Assembly: GCA_963822965.1 (NCBI GenBank)
Contig: CAWGJT010000014.1
Location: 96,001 to 160,000, forward strand
DNA from: an uncultured delta proteobacterium
GTDB lineage: Bacteria; Myxococcota_A; UBA9160; UBA4427
Direction of reading: 5' to 3'
DNA: 64,000 nucleotides
The position numbers and the translations under genes were made by a program. Under the pieces are notes generated by a model. The model worked only from the letters and a program-made list of their open reading frames with translations, did no database searches and was not told the origin of the DNA. This document shows, piece by piece, positions 55,070 through 64,000 of this stretch. The first letter of the stretch is position 1. Each line of letters opens with the position of its first letter.

Positions 55070-55679
55070 ATGGCGGCAAGCAAGAAGAGAGAAAGAGAAG
55101 AGCAAGAAGAAGAGCAAGAAGAAGGTCGCTCGCAAGACCACCCGCAAGAAGGCCGGGCAGTCTGCGCTGGCCCGGCTCGAATCGGAGCTCCCGAAATCGC
55201 TTCGCGACTACCGCAAGGAGGTGCAGAAGAACCTCAACCAGCTCGAACGGCAGATCGAGAAGGCGGTCCCGCGGGCGCGGCGCAACCTGGCACGGCTCAT
55301 CCGAGACGCCAGCCACGAGCTCGGCCGGCTCGAGGAACGGGGCGAGGCGGCCTGGCGGAAGCGGGCCACGCGCATGACGAAGGACGCCCAGTCGCTGCTG
55401 CGGCGGCTCGAACGAGCGGTGGCACCGCCCAAGAAGAAGGCGAAGAAGAAGACCACGAAGAAGAAGAAGAAGACGGCAAAGAAGAAGACGTCGCGCAGCC
55501 CAGCCCGAAAGGCGACCCGGAAGGCGGCCGCGAAGCCCGCGGCGGCACCGCCGGCAAAGCCCGAGGCCAGCCCGGTTGCGAGGCCGCCCCTCGCATCGGT
55601 TCCGAGCCCGCAGCCGTCGGAGGTCCCGGCCATCCTAGAGGACGAGCCGGCTCGCCCGATCGTTCCGCCTTTTTCTTAG
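55070..55679 (+). CDS. Lys/Ala-rich histone-H1-like coiled-coil protein, apparent frameshift near the start
   Basis: RBS and ATG 55070 (MAASKK) are out of frame with the KSKKKVARK...KKKAKKKTTKK body. Confidence 0.6.
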
Positions 55680-55770
55680 GGCTCCGGCGTCCTCTAGGGT
55701 CCTCCGGCGTCTTCTAGGGCTCCGGCGTCTTCTTAGGGGCTCCGGCGTCTGCCTGAGGTTCCGGCGGCTG
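55677..55770. repeat. Imperfect tandem repeat TAGGGCTCCGGCGTC(T/C)TC x4-5
   Basis: 18-20 bp units starting at the stop codon of the Lys-rich gene. Confidence 0.8.
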
Positions 55771-55790
55771 GCATCTCGCGGCACCGTCCT

Positions 55791-55827
55791 GGACACCCCG
55801 GGTCCGGCATCCGGCCCCGGGGTGTCC
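55791..55827. other. GC-rich inverted repeat (hairpin; possible terminator or stabiliser)
   Basis: GGACACCCCGGG...CCCGGGGTGTCC; no U-tract. Confidence 0.5.
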
Positions 55828-55898
55828 GGGTCGGGCCGGCTCGGGGCCGGCACCCGCCCGGCTTGCGGGCTGCTCGTAGGAGTCACGGGGGGCCCGGC

Positions 55899-56903
55899 GT
55901 GATCGCTCTCCTGCCGATGGCGATCGTGCTCTGCGCCGTGGGGTGGTGGCTGTGGGAGGGGCGCCGCCGCCGCAGGCATCCCGTTCCGGCCGGCCTGCAG
56001 CCGGAGATCGAGATCCCGCACCGGGAGCCGTTCGAGCTCTACCACAACGCCCTCTCGTTGTGCTCGATGAAGGTACGGGTGTGCCTCGCGGAGCTCGGCA
56101 TTCCCCACGCCCCCCACGCCGTCGACCTGATCGAGACCGGTGCCTACGAGAACATCCGCCCGGCCTTCCTCCGGGTGAATCCCGCCGGCACCGTGCCCGT
56201 GCTGGTGCACGACGGGCATCCCGTCTACGAGTCGCACGAGCAGATTCGCTATGCGGCAGCCCATGCCCCGGAAGGGAGCCCGCGCCTCGTCCCCGACGAC
56301 CCGGCCCTGCGGGCCCAGATGGAGCGATGGATCGACCGGTCGTCCCTGACGGACGATCCCCTGCGGCACGGCGACGAGAGCGCAGGCAACGCGGTCCCCG
56401 GGCTCACCCTGCCGCTCTTCGCCGCCATGATCGATCGCATCCCCGTCTGGAAGATCGCCGAGGGCGCGCTCTTCCACTTCGACAAGAAGCGCCCGGCGAT
56501 GTTCCTCGTCTTCAAGCTGTGGGGGCTCGAGCGCTTCGGAAGCCTGGGGCCGGCGGTCGCGGTGCTGTCGCGCAGCCGTCGGCAGATGGCGGTGCACCTC
56601 GACGCCCTCGAGGAGCAGCTCGCCAGCAGCGGCGGCCCCTGGATCCTGGGCCAGACCTTCAGCCTGGCCGACGTGAGCTGGCTCGTGATCCTCGAGCGCC
56701 TGGTGCAGGCCGACTGTCTGCCCGTCTTCGTGGGCGGCGACCGGCGCCCGGCCTGCGCGGCCTGGTGGGAGCGCGTGCAGGCTCGCCCGGGCTATCGGCA
56801 GGCCATCACCGATCACGCCCATCCCACCGTGGTGCGAGGAACCCGGCGCCTGCGAGAGGCCAAGCAGGCGGATGCCGCTCTGCGTGGCGTGCTGGAGGGC
56901 TGA
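55899..56903 (+). CDS. Glutathione S-transferase family protein with N-terminal TM segment
   Basis: SLCSMKVR, NPAGTVPVL, YES, WILGQTFSLADV. Confidence 0.88.
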   Translation: MIALLPMAIVLCAVGWWLWEGRRRRRHPVPAGLQPEIEIPHREPFELYHNALSLCSMKVRVCLAELGIPHAPHAVDLIETGAYENIRPAFLRVNPAGTVPVLVHDGHPVYESHEQIRYAAAHAPEGSPRLVPDDPALRAQMERWIDRSSLTDDPLRHGDESAGNAVPGLTLPLFAAMIDRIPVWKIAEGALFHFDKKRPAMFLVFKLWGLERFGSLGPAVAVLSRSRRQMAVHLDALEEQLASSGGPWILGQTFSLADVSWLVILERLVQADCLPVFVGGDRRPACAAWWERVQARPGYRQAITDHAHPTVVRGTRRLREAKQADAALRGVLEG

Positions 56904-57013
56904 ACGGCGTTTCGGGTCGGCTGGAGAGTCCGCGGGATTCTCCGGCTAGTGTCCCGGGGAAGGGGAGGGACAAGAGAGGGACAAGAAGAGAAGGACAAGA
57001 GAGGAGGCGAGCC

Positions 57014-57868
57014 ATGGGAAGCTGCGAGGGACGCGTGGCCTTCGTGACCGGCGCCAGCCGGGGAATCGGACGGGCGATCGCGAGGCGCCTGTCGGCCGAA
57101 GGAGCCGCGGTGGTGCTGTGCGCGTCGCGCATGGGGGCTCACGGCCGCCTGCCGGGAACCCTCGAAGAGGCCGCCTCGGAGATCCAGTCGTCCGGCGGCA
57201 AGGGCTTCGCGATCGCCGCCGACCTGTCGGACGAGGCGGTACGCCGGGATCTCGTCGCGCGCGCCAGCGAGCCCTTCGGTCCCGTGGACATCCTGGTCAA
57301 CAACGCCGCCGGTGCGTGCATGAAGCTGCCGAGCCAGGTGACCGCCCAGGAGCGCACCTGGATGTACGAGATGAACCTGAACGCGCCCATCGATCTCGCC
57401 CAGCAGGCCATCCCATCCATGCGCGAGCGCGGCGGCGGCTGGATCCTCAACATCACCAGCAGCTCTGCGAAGCAGCCGGTGGTTCCGTACCGCGACTCGC
57501 AGGTGTCCGCACACGTGATCGCCGCCTATGGTGCCACCAAGGCGGCGCTCGACCGCTACACCCAGGGGCTCGCCCACGAGGTGGCGGAGCACGACATCTT
57601 CGTGAACGCCATGGCGCCGCGGGACATCGTGCTGACCGCGGGCGCCGAGTACGTGCGCGACATCGCCCGACGCAATCCGGACATGGTGGAGCCCGTCGAG
57701 ATGATGGCCGAGGCTGCCCTCGAGCTGTGCACGGGGCGTCACGTCGGACGCGTGGTCTCGAGCCGCGAGATCCTCCACTCGGTGGCGCGCAAGGTGCGAA
57801 GCCTCGACGGAAGCCGGGTCCTGGGCGACGCGTTCCTGCCCGCGGACGTCGACGCTCCCGGCGTGTGA
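57014..57868 (+). CDS. SDR-family oxidoreductase
   Basis: TGASRGIG, NNAA, YGATK. Confidence 0.93.
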   Translation: MGSCEGRVAFVTGASRGIGRAIARRLSAEGAAVVLCASRMGAHGRLPGTLEEAASEIQSSGGKGFAIAADLSDEAVRRDLVARASEPFGPVDILVNNAAGACMKLPSQVTAQERTWMYEMNLNAPIDLAQQAIPSMRERGGGWILNITSSSAKQPVVPYRDSQVSAHVIAAYGATKAALDRYTQGLAHEVAEHDIFVNAMAPRDIVLTAGAEYVRDIARRNPDMVEPVEMMAEAALELCTGRHVGRVVSSREILHSVARKVRSLDGSRVLGDAFLPADVDAPGV

Positions 57869-57884
57869 ACGTCCGAGGGGCTCG

Positions 57885-59036
57885 ATGATCTTCTACTTCG
57901 ACTTCGCCAACTACTGGAAGATGGTGCGTCTCGCCTGGGGCGAGGAAGCGCCCAAGGTTCGCGCCTACTACCTGGCGGTTCTCTGCCTGGCGGTGCCCGT
58001 GGTTTCGAGCTTCCACGCCGTCTGCTTCTTCCTCGACGGCATCCTGTTTCCCGGGCTGTGGAAGGTGCGGGTGCGGGAGCCCGTCTTCATGGTGGGGCAC
58101 GCGCGCAGCGGGACGACGCTCACCCACCGGCTGCTCTCCCAGGACGAGGGGCGCTTCTCCTCCTTCCTGCTCTACGAGCTCTACTTCCCCTCGCTGCTGC
58201 AGAAGAAGCTGATCCGCTGGGGGGCGGCGCTCGATCGTCGCTGGCTGGGCGGCTTCCTCGAGGGACGCGTGCGCGCCTTCGAGAGGAAGCGCTACCGCAG
58301 CGACGCCCACGAGATGGGCCTCACCAAGCCCGAGGAAGACGACATCATCTTCTACTACTCGATGGCGTCGGGCTTCTGGATCACGAAGATGCCCTACATG
58401 GGCGATCTCGACTTCTATCACGTGAACGACTGGCCGGAGGCGAAGCGGCGCCGCCTCTTCGACTTCTACCGGGACTGCGTGCGCCGTCAGCTCTACCTGA
58501 ACGGTCCGGACAAGATCCATCTCTCGAAGAATCCGATCTTCTCGGGACGCGTGGCCTCGATCCTCGAGTCGTTCCCGGACGCCCGCATCGTCGTCAACGT
58601 CCGCAATCCCTACGAGACGATCCCCAGCCTGCTGAAGCTGGTGCGCAGCGGCTGGAAGATGCTGGGCTGGGACGAGGCGCGGCAGCGGCGCTGCCTGCAG
58701 GTGCTGGCCGCGCAGTCGTGGCACACCTACCGCCACCCGCTCGAGGTGCTGGCCGCCCACCCGGAGACCCCGGGCGCGGTGGTCGAGTACCGGGACCTGG
58801 TGTCGGACCCGGCCGCGACCATCGAGCGGGTCTACGAGGACCTGGGGCTGCCCATGAGCGACGCGTACCGCGAGGTGCTGCTGCGCGAGGGCAAGCGCCA
58901 TCGAGCCCACCAGACGACCCACCGCTACAGCCTCGAGGAGTTCGGGCTCGAGGCGGACGAGATCCGCAGCCAGCTCGGCGACCTCTTCGAGCGCTTCGGG
59001 TGGGACGCAGAAGCTCCGGCACGGGGAGGTGCATGA
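57885..59036 (+). CDS. Sulfotransferase family protein
   Basis: PVFMVGHARSGTT 5'-PSB loop, KNP, RNPYETIPS. Confidence 0.88.
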   Translation: MIFYFDFANYWKMVRLAWGEEAPKVRAYYLAVLCLAVPVVSSFHAVCFFLDGILFPGLWKVRVREPVFMVGHARSGTTLTHRLLSQDEGRFSSFLLYELYFPSLLQKKLIRWGAALDRRWLGGFLEGRVRAFERKRYRSDAHEMGLTKPEEDDIIFYYSMASGFWITKMPYMGDLDFYHVNDWPEAKRRRLFDFYRDCVRRQLYLNGPDKIHLSKNPIFSGRVASILESFPDARIVVNVRNPYETIPSLLKLVRSGWKMLGWDEARQRRCLQVLAAQSWHTYRHPLEVLAAHPETPGAVVEYRDLVSDPAATIERVYEDLGLPMSDAYREVLLREGKRHRAHQTTHRYSLEEFGLEADEIRSQLGDLFERFGWDAEAPARGGA

Positions 59037-60463
59037 TGGCGAACGAAGCGAAGCGCGATCCGCAGGCCGAGAAGGCGCTGCGCGCCGCCTGGGACGACAT
59101 GATCGCGAGCCTCGAGCGGGCGCGGGACGCCATCGACCAGCCCGAGCTGATGCCTCCGCCCGGGAGCGCGCGCAACCTCGCCGAGGGCTACCGCTACCTG
59201 ATGGGCTACCTGCACAGCGCCGTCGAGCGGGCCTTCCACGAAGATCGCGAGCGGCCGGCCTTCCGCAACGCCCTCTCGATCATCAACCGCGGCACCATCG
59301 ACAACGCCGACGCCATCTACTTCTACGCGCCCATCGACGGGCGCCACAGCTACGTCGTCCGGGGCCGGACCGGCGACACGCGTCACTGGCGGGGAGAGGC
59401 TCCGGCCGGCGGTGCGCCGAAGGCTCCCTCCGGCCTCCCCAAGGCGCCTCACTACCTCATCTTCGAGGCCAGCTCGGGGGTGCTCGCGGGCGACTCGGGC
59501 GACCTGCGCGAGCTGATCCCCGGCGTGAAGACCCGCACCGGACGGCTCGACTCGAGCGAGATCCAGCTGGAGGCCGATGGCTCCTTCGAGATCCTGCTGG
59601 CCCCGGAGCGACCCGCCGGTCACACGGGCAACTTCATCGAGACCCTGAAGGTGGTGGGCCGGCCGCATCCCCTCGACCCCGACATGCCCCCGGAGCGCTA
59701 CGCGGACTACCTGAGCGGCCGACAGCTCTTCGACGACTGGGAGCACGAGGAGGCCATCTTCCTGTCCATCGAGCAGGTCGGCGCCGAGGGCGGCCATCCC
59801 CCGGCCTACGATCCCGCGGCGGCCGCCGCCGAGCTGCGCCGCTGCGGGGAGATCGTGCGCGCGCAGATGCACTTCTGGAACGCCTTCTGGACGATTCCCA
59901 TGGGCACCTACGGCCCACGCGAAGGCGGCATCCCGGGGGTCGAGTTCCCACGCAACGGCTTCAACAAGATCAACGCGGCGTCCGCGGCCACCGGCGGCGG
60001 CATGAGCACCAACCTGTACGCGGGCGGCGTCTTCGAGCTGGAGCCCGACGAGGCGTTGATCGTCGAGAACCGGATCCCGCTGGCGCCCCAGTACGTGGGC
60101 TTCCAGGTCGGCAACCTCTGGGGCGAGTCCGTCGACTACGCGAACCACCTGGGCAGCCTGAACGGCAGCCAATCCGAGGTCGATCCGGACGGCGTCATCC
60201 GGCTCGTCGTCGCCCACCGGGACCCCGGCGTACCCAACTGGATCGACACCACCGGTCACCGGGAGGGCTTCCTGACCCCGCGCTGGGCGTACAGCGAGAC
60301 GCCCCCGCCCGACCAGTGGCCGACCATCACGGCGAAGAAGGTGCCCCTGGCCGAGATCCGCCGGCACCTGCCGGAGACGACCCGCACGGTGTCGCCCGAG
60401 GAGCGCCGGGAGCAGATCCGCATCCGACAGACCCACGTGCAGCGGCGCTTCCGCTCGTTCTAG
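59033..60463 (+). CDS. DUF1214-like protein
   Basis: AEGYRYL, DNADAIY, DGSFEI, VVAHRDPGVPNWIDTTGH. Confidence 0.75.
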   Translation: MMANEAKRDPQAEKALRAAWDDMIASLERARDAIDQPELMPPPGSARNLAEGYRYLMGYLHSAVERAFHEDRERPAFRNALSIINRGTIDNADAIYFYAPIDGRHSYVVRGRTGDTRHWRGEAPAGGAPKAPSGLPKAPHYLIFEASSGVLAGDSGDLRELIPGVKTRTGRLDSSEIQLEADGSFEILLAPERPAGHTGNFIETLKVVGRPHPLDPDMPPERYADYLSGRQLFDDWEHEEAIFLSIEQVGAEGGHPPAYDPAAAAAELRRCGEIVRAQMHFWNAFWTIPMGTYGPREGGIPGVEFPRNGFNKINAASAATGGGMSTNLYAGGVFELEPDEALIVENRIPLAPQYVGFQVGNLWGESVDYANHLGSLNGSQSEVDPDGVIRLVVAHRDPGVPNWIDTTGHREGFLTPRWAYSETPPPDQWPTITAKKVPLAEIRRHLPETTRTVSPEERREQIRIRQTHVQRRFRSF

Positions 60464-60502
60464 ATCCGCACGGGACCCGATCGCGTGCCAAGGAGAAGAA
60501 GA

Positions 60503-61408
60503 ATGGACGTCCTCCGCACACCGGAAGAGCGCTTCGCCCTGCTGCCCGGGCATCCCTGGCAGCCCCGCTACCTCGAGGACCTTCCTGGCTATGCCGGGCT
60601 GCGCATGCATCGCGTCGACGAGGGCCCGGCGGACGCGGAGCACGTCTTCCTGTGCCTCCACGGAGAGCCGACCTGGTCCTTTCTCTACCGCAAGATGATC
60701 CCGGTCTTCCTGGAGAGCGGGGCGCGGGTGGTGGCTCCCGATCTCTTCGGCTTCGGTCGCTCGGACAAGCCCGTGGAAGACGGGGCCTACTCGTTCGGCT
60801 TCCACCGCGACGCACTGATGCGGATGATCGAGGCCCTCGATCTGCGGCGGATCACCCTGGTGTGTCAGGACTGGGGGGGCATCCTCGGGCTCACCCTGCC
60901 GATGGAGATGCCGGAGCGCTTCTCGCGGCTGCTGGTGATGAACACCGCGCTTCCCGTCGGCGAGCCGGTGAGCCCGGGCTTCGCGGCCTGGAAGGCCTAC
61001 GCGGCCTCCGACCCCGACCTGCCCGTCGCGGGGCTGATCGCGCTCTCGTGTCCGGGCGTTCTGAACCCGTACGTGGTGAGCGCCTACGGGGCGCCGTTTC
61101 CCGACCAGCGCTACAAGGCGGGCGTGCGCACCTTCCCGCAGCTCGTGCCCGTGGAGCCCGGCATGGCGGGGGCCGACCTGTGTCGGGCGGCCCGCGCCTT
61201 CCTGCGGGACGAGTGGACCGGCCCGGTGCGCATGGCGGTGGGTACGGCCGATCCCGTGCTGGGTCCCGACGTGATGAACGACCTGCGCCGGTATCTCCGC
61301 GGCTGTCCCGAGCCGCTCCTCGTGGAGGGTGCGGGTCACTTCGTGCAGGAGTGGGGCGAGGGCATCGCCCGCTGGGCGCTCCCGGAGCTCGCCGCCGACG
61401 CCGGGTAG
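60503..61408 (+). CDS. Haloalkane dehalogenase
   Basis: LRTPEERF, HGEPTWSFLYRKMI, QDWGG, GHFVQE. Confidence 0.93.
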   Translation: MDVLRTPEERFALLPGHPWQPRYLEDLPGYAGLRMHRVDEGPADAEHVFLCLHGEPTWSFLYRKMIPVFLESGARVVAPDLFGFGRSDKPVEDGAYSFGFHRDALMRMIEALDLRRITLVCQDWGGILGLTLPMEMPERFSRLLVMNTALPVGEPVSPGFAAWKAYAASDPDLPVAGLIALSCPGVLNPYVVSAYGAPFPDQRYKAGVRTFPQLVPVEPGMAGADLCRAARAFLRDEWTGPVRMAVGTADPVLGPDVMNDLRRYLRGCPEPLLVEGAGHFVQEWGEGIARWALPELAADAG

Positions 61409-61431
61409 GCTCCCGCGGCCGGAGGGCCAGC

Positions 61432-62832
61432 TTGGAAATCGTCGTCTCGCTGCTGCACTGGATCGGCACCAACGAATCGGTCCTCTCGGGCATTGCGGCC
61501 ACCATCGTGATCGTGGGCGTGCTCTTCACGCCCGTGGGCCGGGGGGTGCGAGCCCTGCTGCGGCGGCGGCGCGGCGAGACCGCGTCCGGCGCCGCCGCGG
61601 CATCCGACGCCGCCCACCCGCCGCTGGTCCGCGACCGCCCCTCCATCGCGGTGATGCCCTTCGCGAACCTGTCCGGGGATCCCGAGCACGAGTTCCTCGC
61701 CGACGGCCTCAGCGAGGAGATCATCCTCGGGCTCTCGCGGGTGAAGCAGTTCTTCGTCATCGCGCGAAACTCGAGCTTCACCTACAAGGGGCGCGCGCCC
61801 GACGCACAGCGGGTCTCCCGGGAGCTGGGAGTGCGCTACGTGCTCGAAGGCAGCGTCCGCAAGCTGGGCGATCGGGTGCGCGTGAGCGCGCAGCTCGTCG
61901 ACGCCAGCAACCGCCGGACCGCCTGGGCCGAGCGCTTCGATCGGCCGCTCGAGCAGATCGTGCACGTGGACGACGAGGTGACCGAGGCGATCGTCGCCGC
62001 CCTCCAGCCGGCCCTGCGGCGCGCCGAGGCCGATCTCGCCCGCCGCGCCGCGCCCGAGGATCTGACCGCCTGGGCGCTGGTGAACCGGGCCTGGGTGGCG
62101 GTGCAGAGCGACCTGGGAAGCCGCGAAGAGGCCGAGCGCGCGGTCGCCGCGTGCGAGGAGGCCCTGCGTCTCGACCCCGAGTACGCGCTGGGCCACGCGG
62201 TGCTCGCTCACGCGCGCTCACTGCTGGCCCGGGAGGGTTCCGGCGGCGCCGAGCAGGCCGAGGCCTCGATCCGCCGGGCCCTGCAGCTCTCCGACGACGA
62301 CCCGCTCATCCATCACTGCCATGCCGCGCTGCTCGGGAACCTGGGTCGCACCGCCGAAGGCGCACGCGCCTGGGAGCGTTCGCTCGCGCTGGACCCGAAC
62401 AGCGCCGCCGCGCGGGCCGGCCTGGGCATCTCGCGCATCTACCTGCGGCAGCCGGACCGCGCTCTCGAGAGCATCGACCAGGCCCTGCGGCTCTCGCCTC
62501 GTGATCCGCTCACCTACCACTGGCTCGGAAACCGCGCGCTCGCGTGCGCGCTGCTGGGCCGTTGGGGCGAGGCGCTCGAGGCGGCCGAGAGCTCGATCCA
62601 ACGGACCGGCTCCCAGGCGGGATACGCGGTGCTGGCGGCCGCGTTGGCGGAGGCGGGCCGGCTGGACGAGGCACACGAGGCCTACGAGGAGCTGTGCCGC
62701 CGCTCGCCGGGCCTCGACCCGGCGCGCTTCCGGCGGCTCGTCGAGAACATCGCGCCGGACGCCGACCGGGCCCGCGCGCTCACCCTGGCCGTCTACCGTG
62801 CGGCTGGCGAGCCGCCCCCCGCCGACCTCTGA
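61432..62832 (+). CDS. TolB-like/TPR protein (adenylate-cyclase-associated domain) with N-terminal TM segment
   Basis: PSIAVMPFANLSGDPEHEFLADG, VIARNSSFTYKG, TPR repeats; start approximate. Confidence 0.85.
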   Translation: MEIVVSLLHWIGTNESVLSGIAATIVIVGVLFTPVGRGVRALLRRRRGETASGAAAASDAAHPPLVRDRPSIAVMPFANLSGDPEHEFLADGLSEEIILGLSRVKQFFVIARNSSFTYKGRAPDAQRVSRELGVRYVLEGSVRKLGDRVRVSAQLVDASNRRTAWAERFDRPLEQIVHVDDEVTEAIVAALQPALRRAEADLARRAAPEDLTAWALVNRAWVAVQSDLGSREEAERAVAACEEALRLDPEYALGHAVLAHARSLLAREGSGGAEQAEASIRRALQLSDDDPLIHHCHAALLGNLGRTAEGARAWERSLALDPNSAAARAGLGISRIYLRQPDRALESIDQALRLSPRDPLTYHWLGNRALACALLGRWGEALEAAESSIQRTGSQAGYAVLAAALAEAGRLDEAHEAYEELCRRSPGLDPARFRRLVENIAPDADRARALTLAVYRAAGEPPPADL

Positions 62833-62869
62833 AGCGCGGGTCGAGGCGGGCGGCGACCCGGCGCGCCGG

Positions 62870-64000
62870 TCACGCGTGTCGCGCTCGGCTGCGGCGCCGC
62901 CACGCAATGCCCGACAGGACCCCCTGGGCGATCACCATGGGGCCCAGGCTGAAGAGCCCGACCCCCATCCACCCCCGCGCGCCGATGGGGCGCAGCTCGA
63001 GGAGACGGGCCAGCAGGGGAACGTGCACCGCGGCCAGCAGGAGCAGGACGCACAGCGCCAGCGCGCCCCACACCCAGGGGTTGCGGGTGACGTCGTTTCG
63101 GAACGGCGAGGCGTCGGCCGCACGCATGTCGAACACGTGCCAGAGCTGCGCGGCGGCCAGGGTCAGGAACGAGACCGTCACCGCCTCTTCCCGGGTCATG
63201 CCCGTGGCGAGCGCGGTGGCGAGGGCGCCGAGGACGGCGGCGGTGAGGAGGCCGCCGTAGACCGCGATCTCGAGCCAGTGCGCGCGGGTCAGGATCGGCT
63301 CGCCGGCCGGGCGCGGCGGCCGCTGCATCAGGCCCTTCTCCCCCTCTCCGAAGCCGAGGGCGAGCGCTGGGAAGACGTCGGTCACCAGGTTCAGGAAGAG
63401 GATCTGCAGCGGCAGCAGCGGGAAGGGCGCCTGCACCAGGGATGCGAGGGCCACGGCCAGCACCTCGCTCACGTTGCACGACAGCAGGTACACCGCGAAC
63501 TTGCGGATGTTTCCGAAGATCACGCGGCCCTGCTCGATGGCCACGACGATGGTCGCGAACTCGTCGTCCTGCAGCACCATGGCGGCGGCTTCCCGCGCCA
63601 CCTGGGTGCCGCGCTGCCCCATGGCGATTCCGATGTCCGCCTTGCGCAGGGCGGGGGCGTCGTTCACGCCGTCGCCGGTCATGGCCACCACCGACCCCTG
63701 CTGCTGGTGGAACGCGATCAGGTCCAGCTTCTGCTTCGGGTTTGCCCGGGCGACGACGTCCGCTTTCGCCAGGCGCGCGCGCGTGGGCTCGTCCTCCAGC
63801 CAGCGGTCACCGAGGGCGCGCGCGTCGACGACGGTCGGTCGGCCCTCCGTGCCGGCGAGGCCCACCGCCTGGGCGACCGTGGCCGCCGTGGCCGCGTGGT
63901 CGCCGGTCACCATCACCACGCGGATGCCCGCGCGCGCGCAGTCCTCGATCATCTCGCGCACCCGCGCCCGCGGCGGATCCAGCAGCGCCACCCAGCCCAG
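62870..64000 (-). CDS. Cation-transporting P-type ATPase (type II), C-terminal part; runs off the window
   Basis: DPPR, MVTGDH, TGDGVNDAPAL, LQILFLNLVTD. Confidence 0.95.
   Translation of the reverse strand: MGWVALLDPPRARVREMIEDCARAGIRVVMVTGDHAATAATVAQAVGLAGTEGRPTVVDARALGDRWLEDEPTRARLAKADVVARANPKQKLDLIAFHQQQGSVVAMTGDGVNDAPALRKADIGIAMGQRGTQVAREAAAMVLQDDEFATIVVAIEQGRVIFGNIRKFAVYLLSCNVSEVLAVALASLVQAPFPLLPLQILFLNLVTDVFPALALGFGEGEKGLMQRPPRPAGEPILTRAHWLEIAVYGGLLTAAVLGALATALATGMTREEAVTVSFLTLAAAQLWHVFDMRAADASPFRNDVTRNPWVWGALALCVLLLLAAVHVPLLARLLELRPIGARGWMGVGLFSLGPMVIAQGVLSGIAWRRRSRARHA

Noticed and set aside
56958..57010. Purine-rich GGACAAGA x3 stretch as a regulatory repeat
   Set aside because: Short low-complexity leader merging into the SDR RBS; no further support.

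Overview
High-GC bacterial chromosomal window, mostly housekeeping and metabolic genes: nfi, hslO, a yhaO/yhaN-like nuclease-ATPase pair, glgP/malQ/glgX, an ABC exporter, an MCP, sucA-sucB-lpdA and several detoxification or lipid enzymes. The accessory core (about 8.65-15.2 kb, visibly lower GC) is an integron-type cassette array. It has an attI-like site and a series of attC sites that decay distally, but no integrase gene in the window. The main find is an intact IS110-family element (10191-11424) inserted exactly in the R' core of an attC site. Its non-coding end reads as a bridge RNA: one loop carries guides matching the attC core target (TCCGTTAGA / GCTGTCT), the other carries guides matching the element's own donor junction (GGAGTATCT / CTTGTA), around a CT core as in IS621. 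This looks like an RNA-guided recombinase programmed against integron cassette junctions. All calls come from reading the sequence and motifs by eye; no database searches or folding programs were run.
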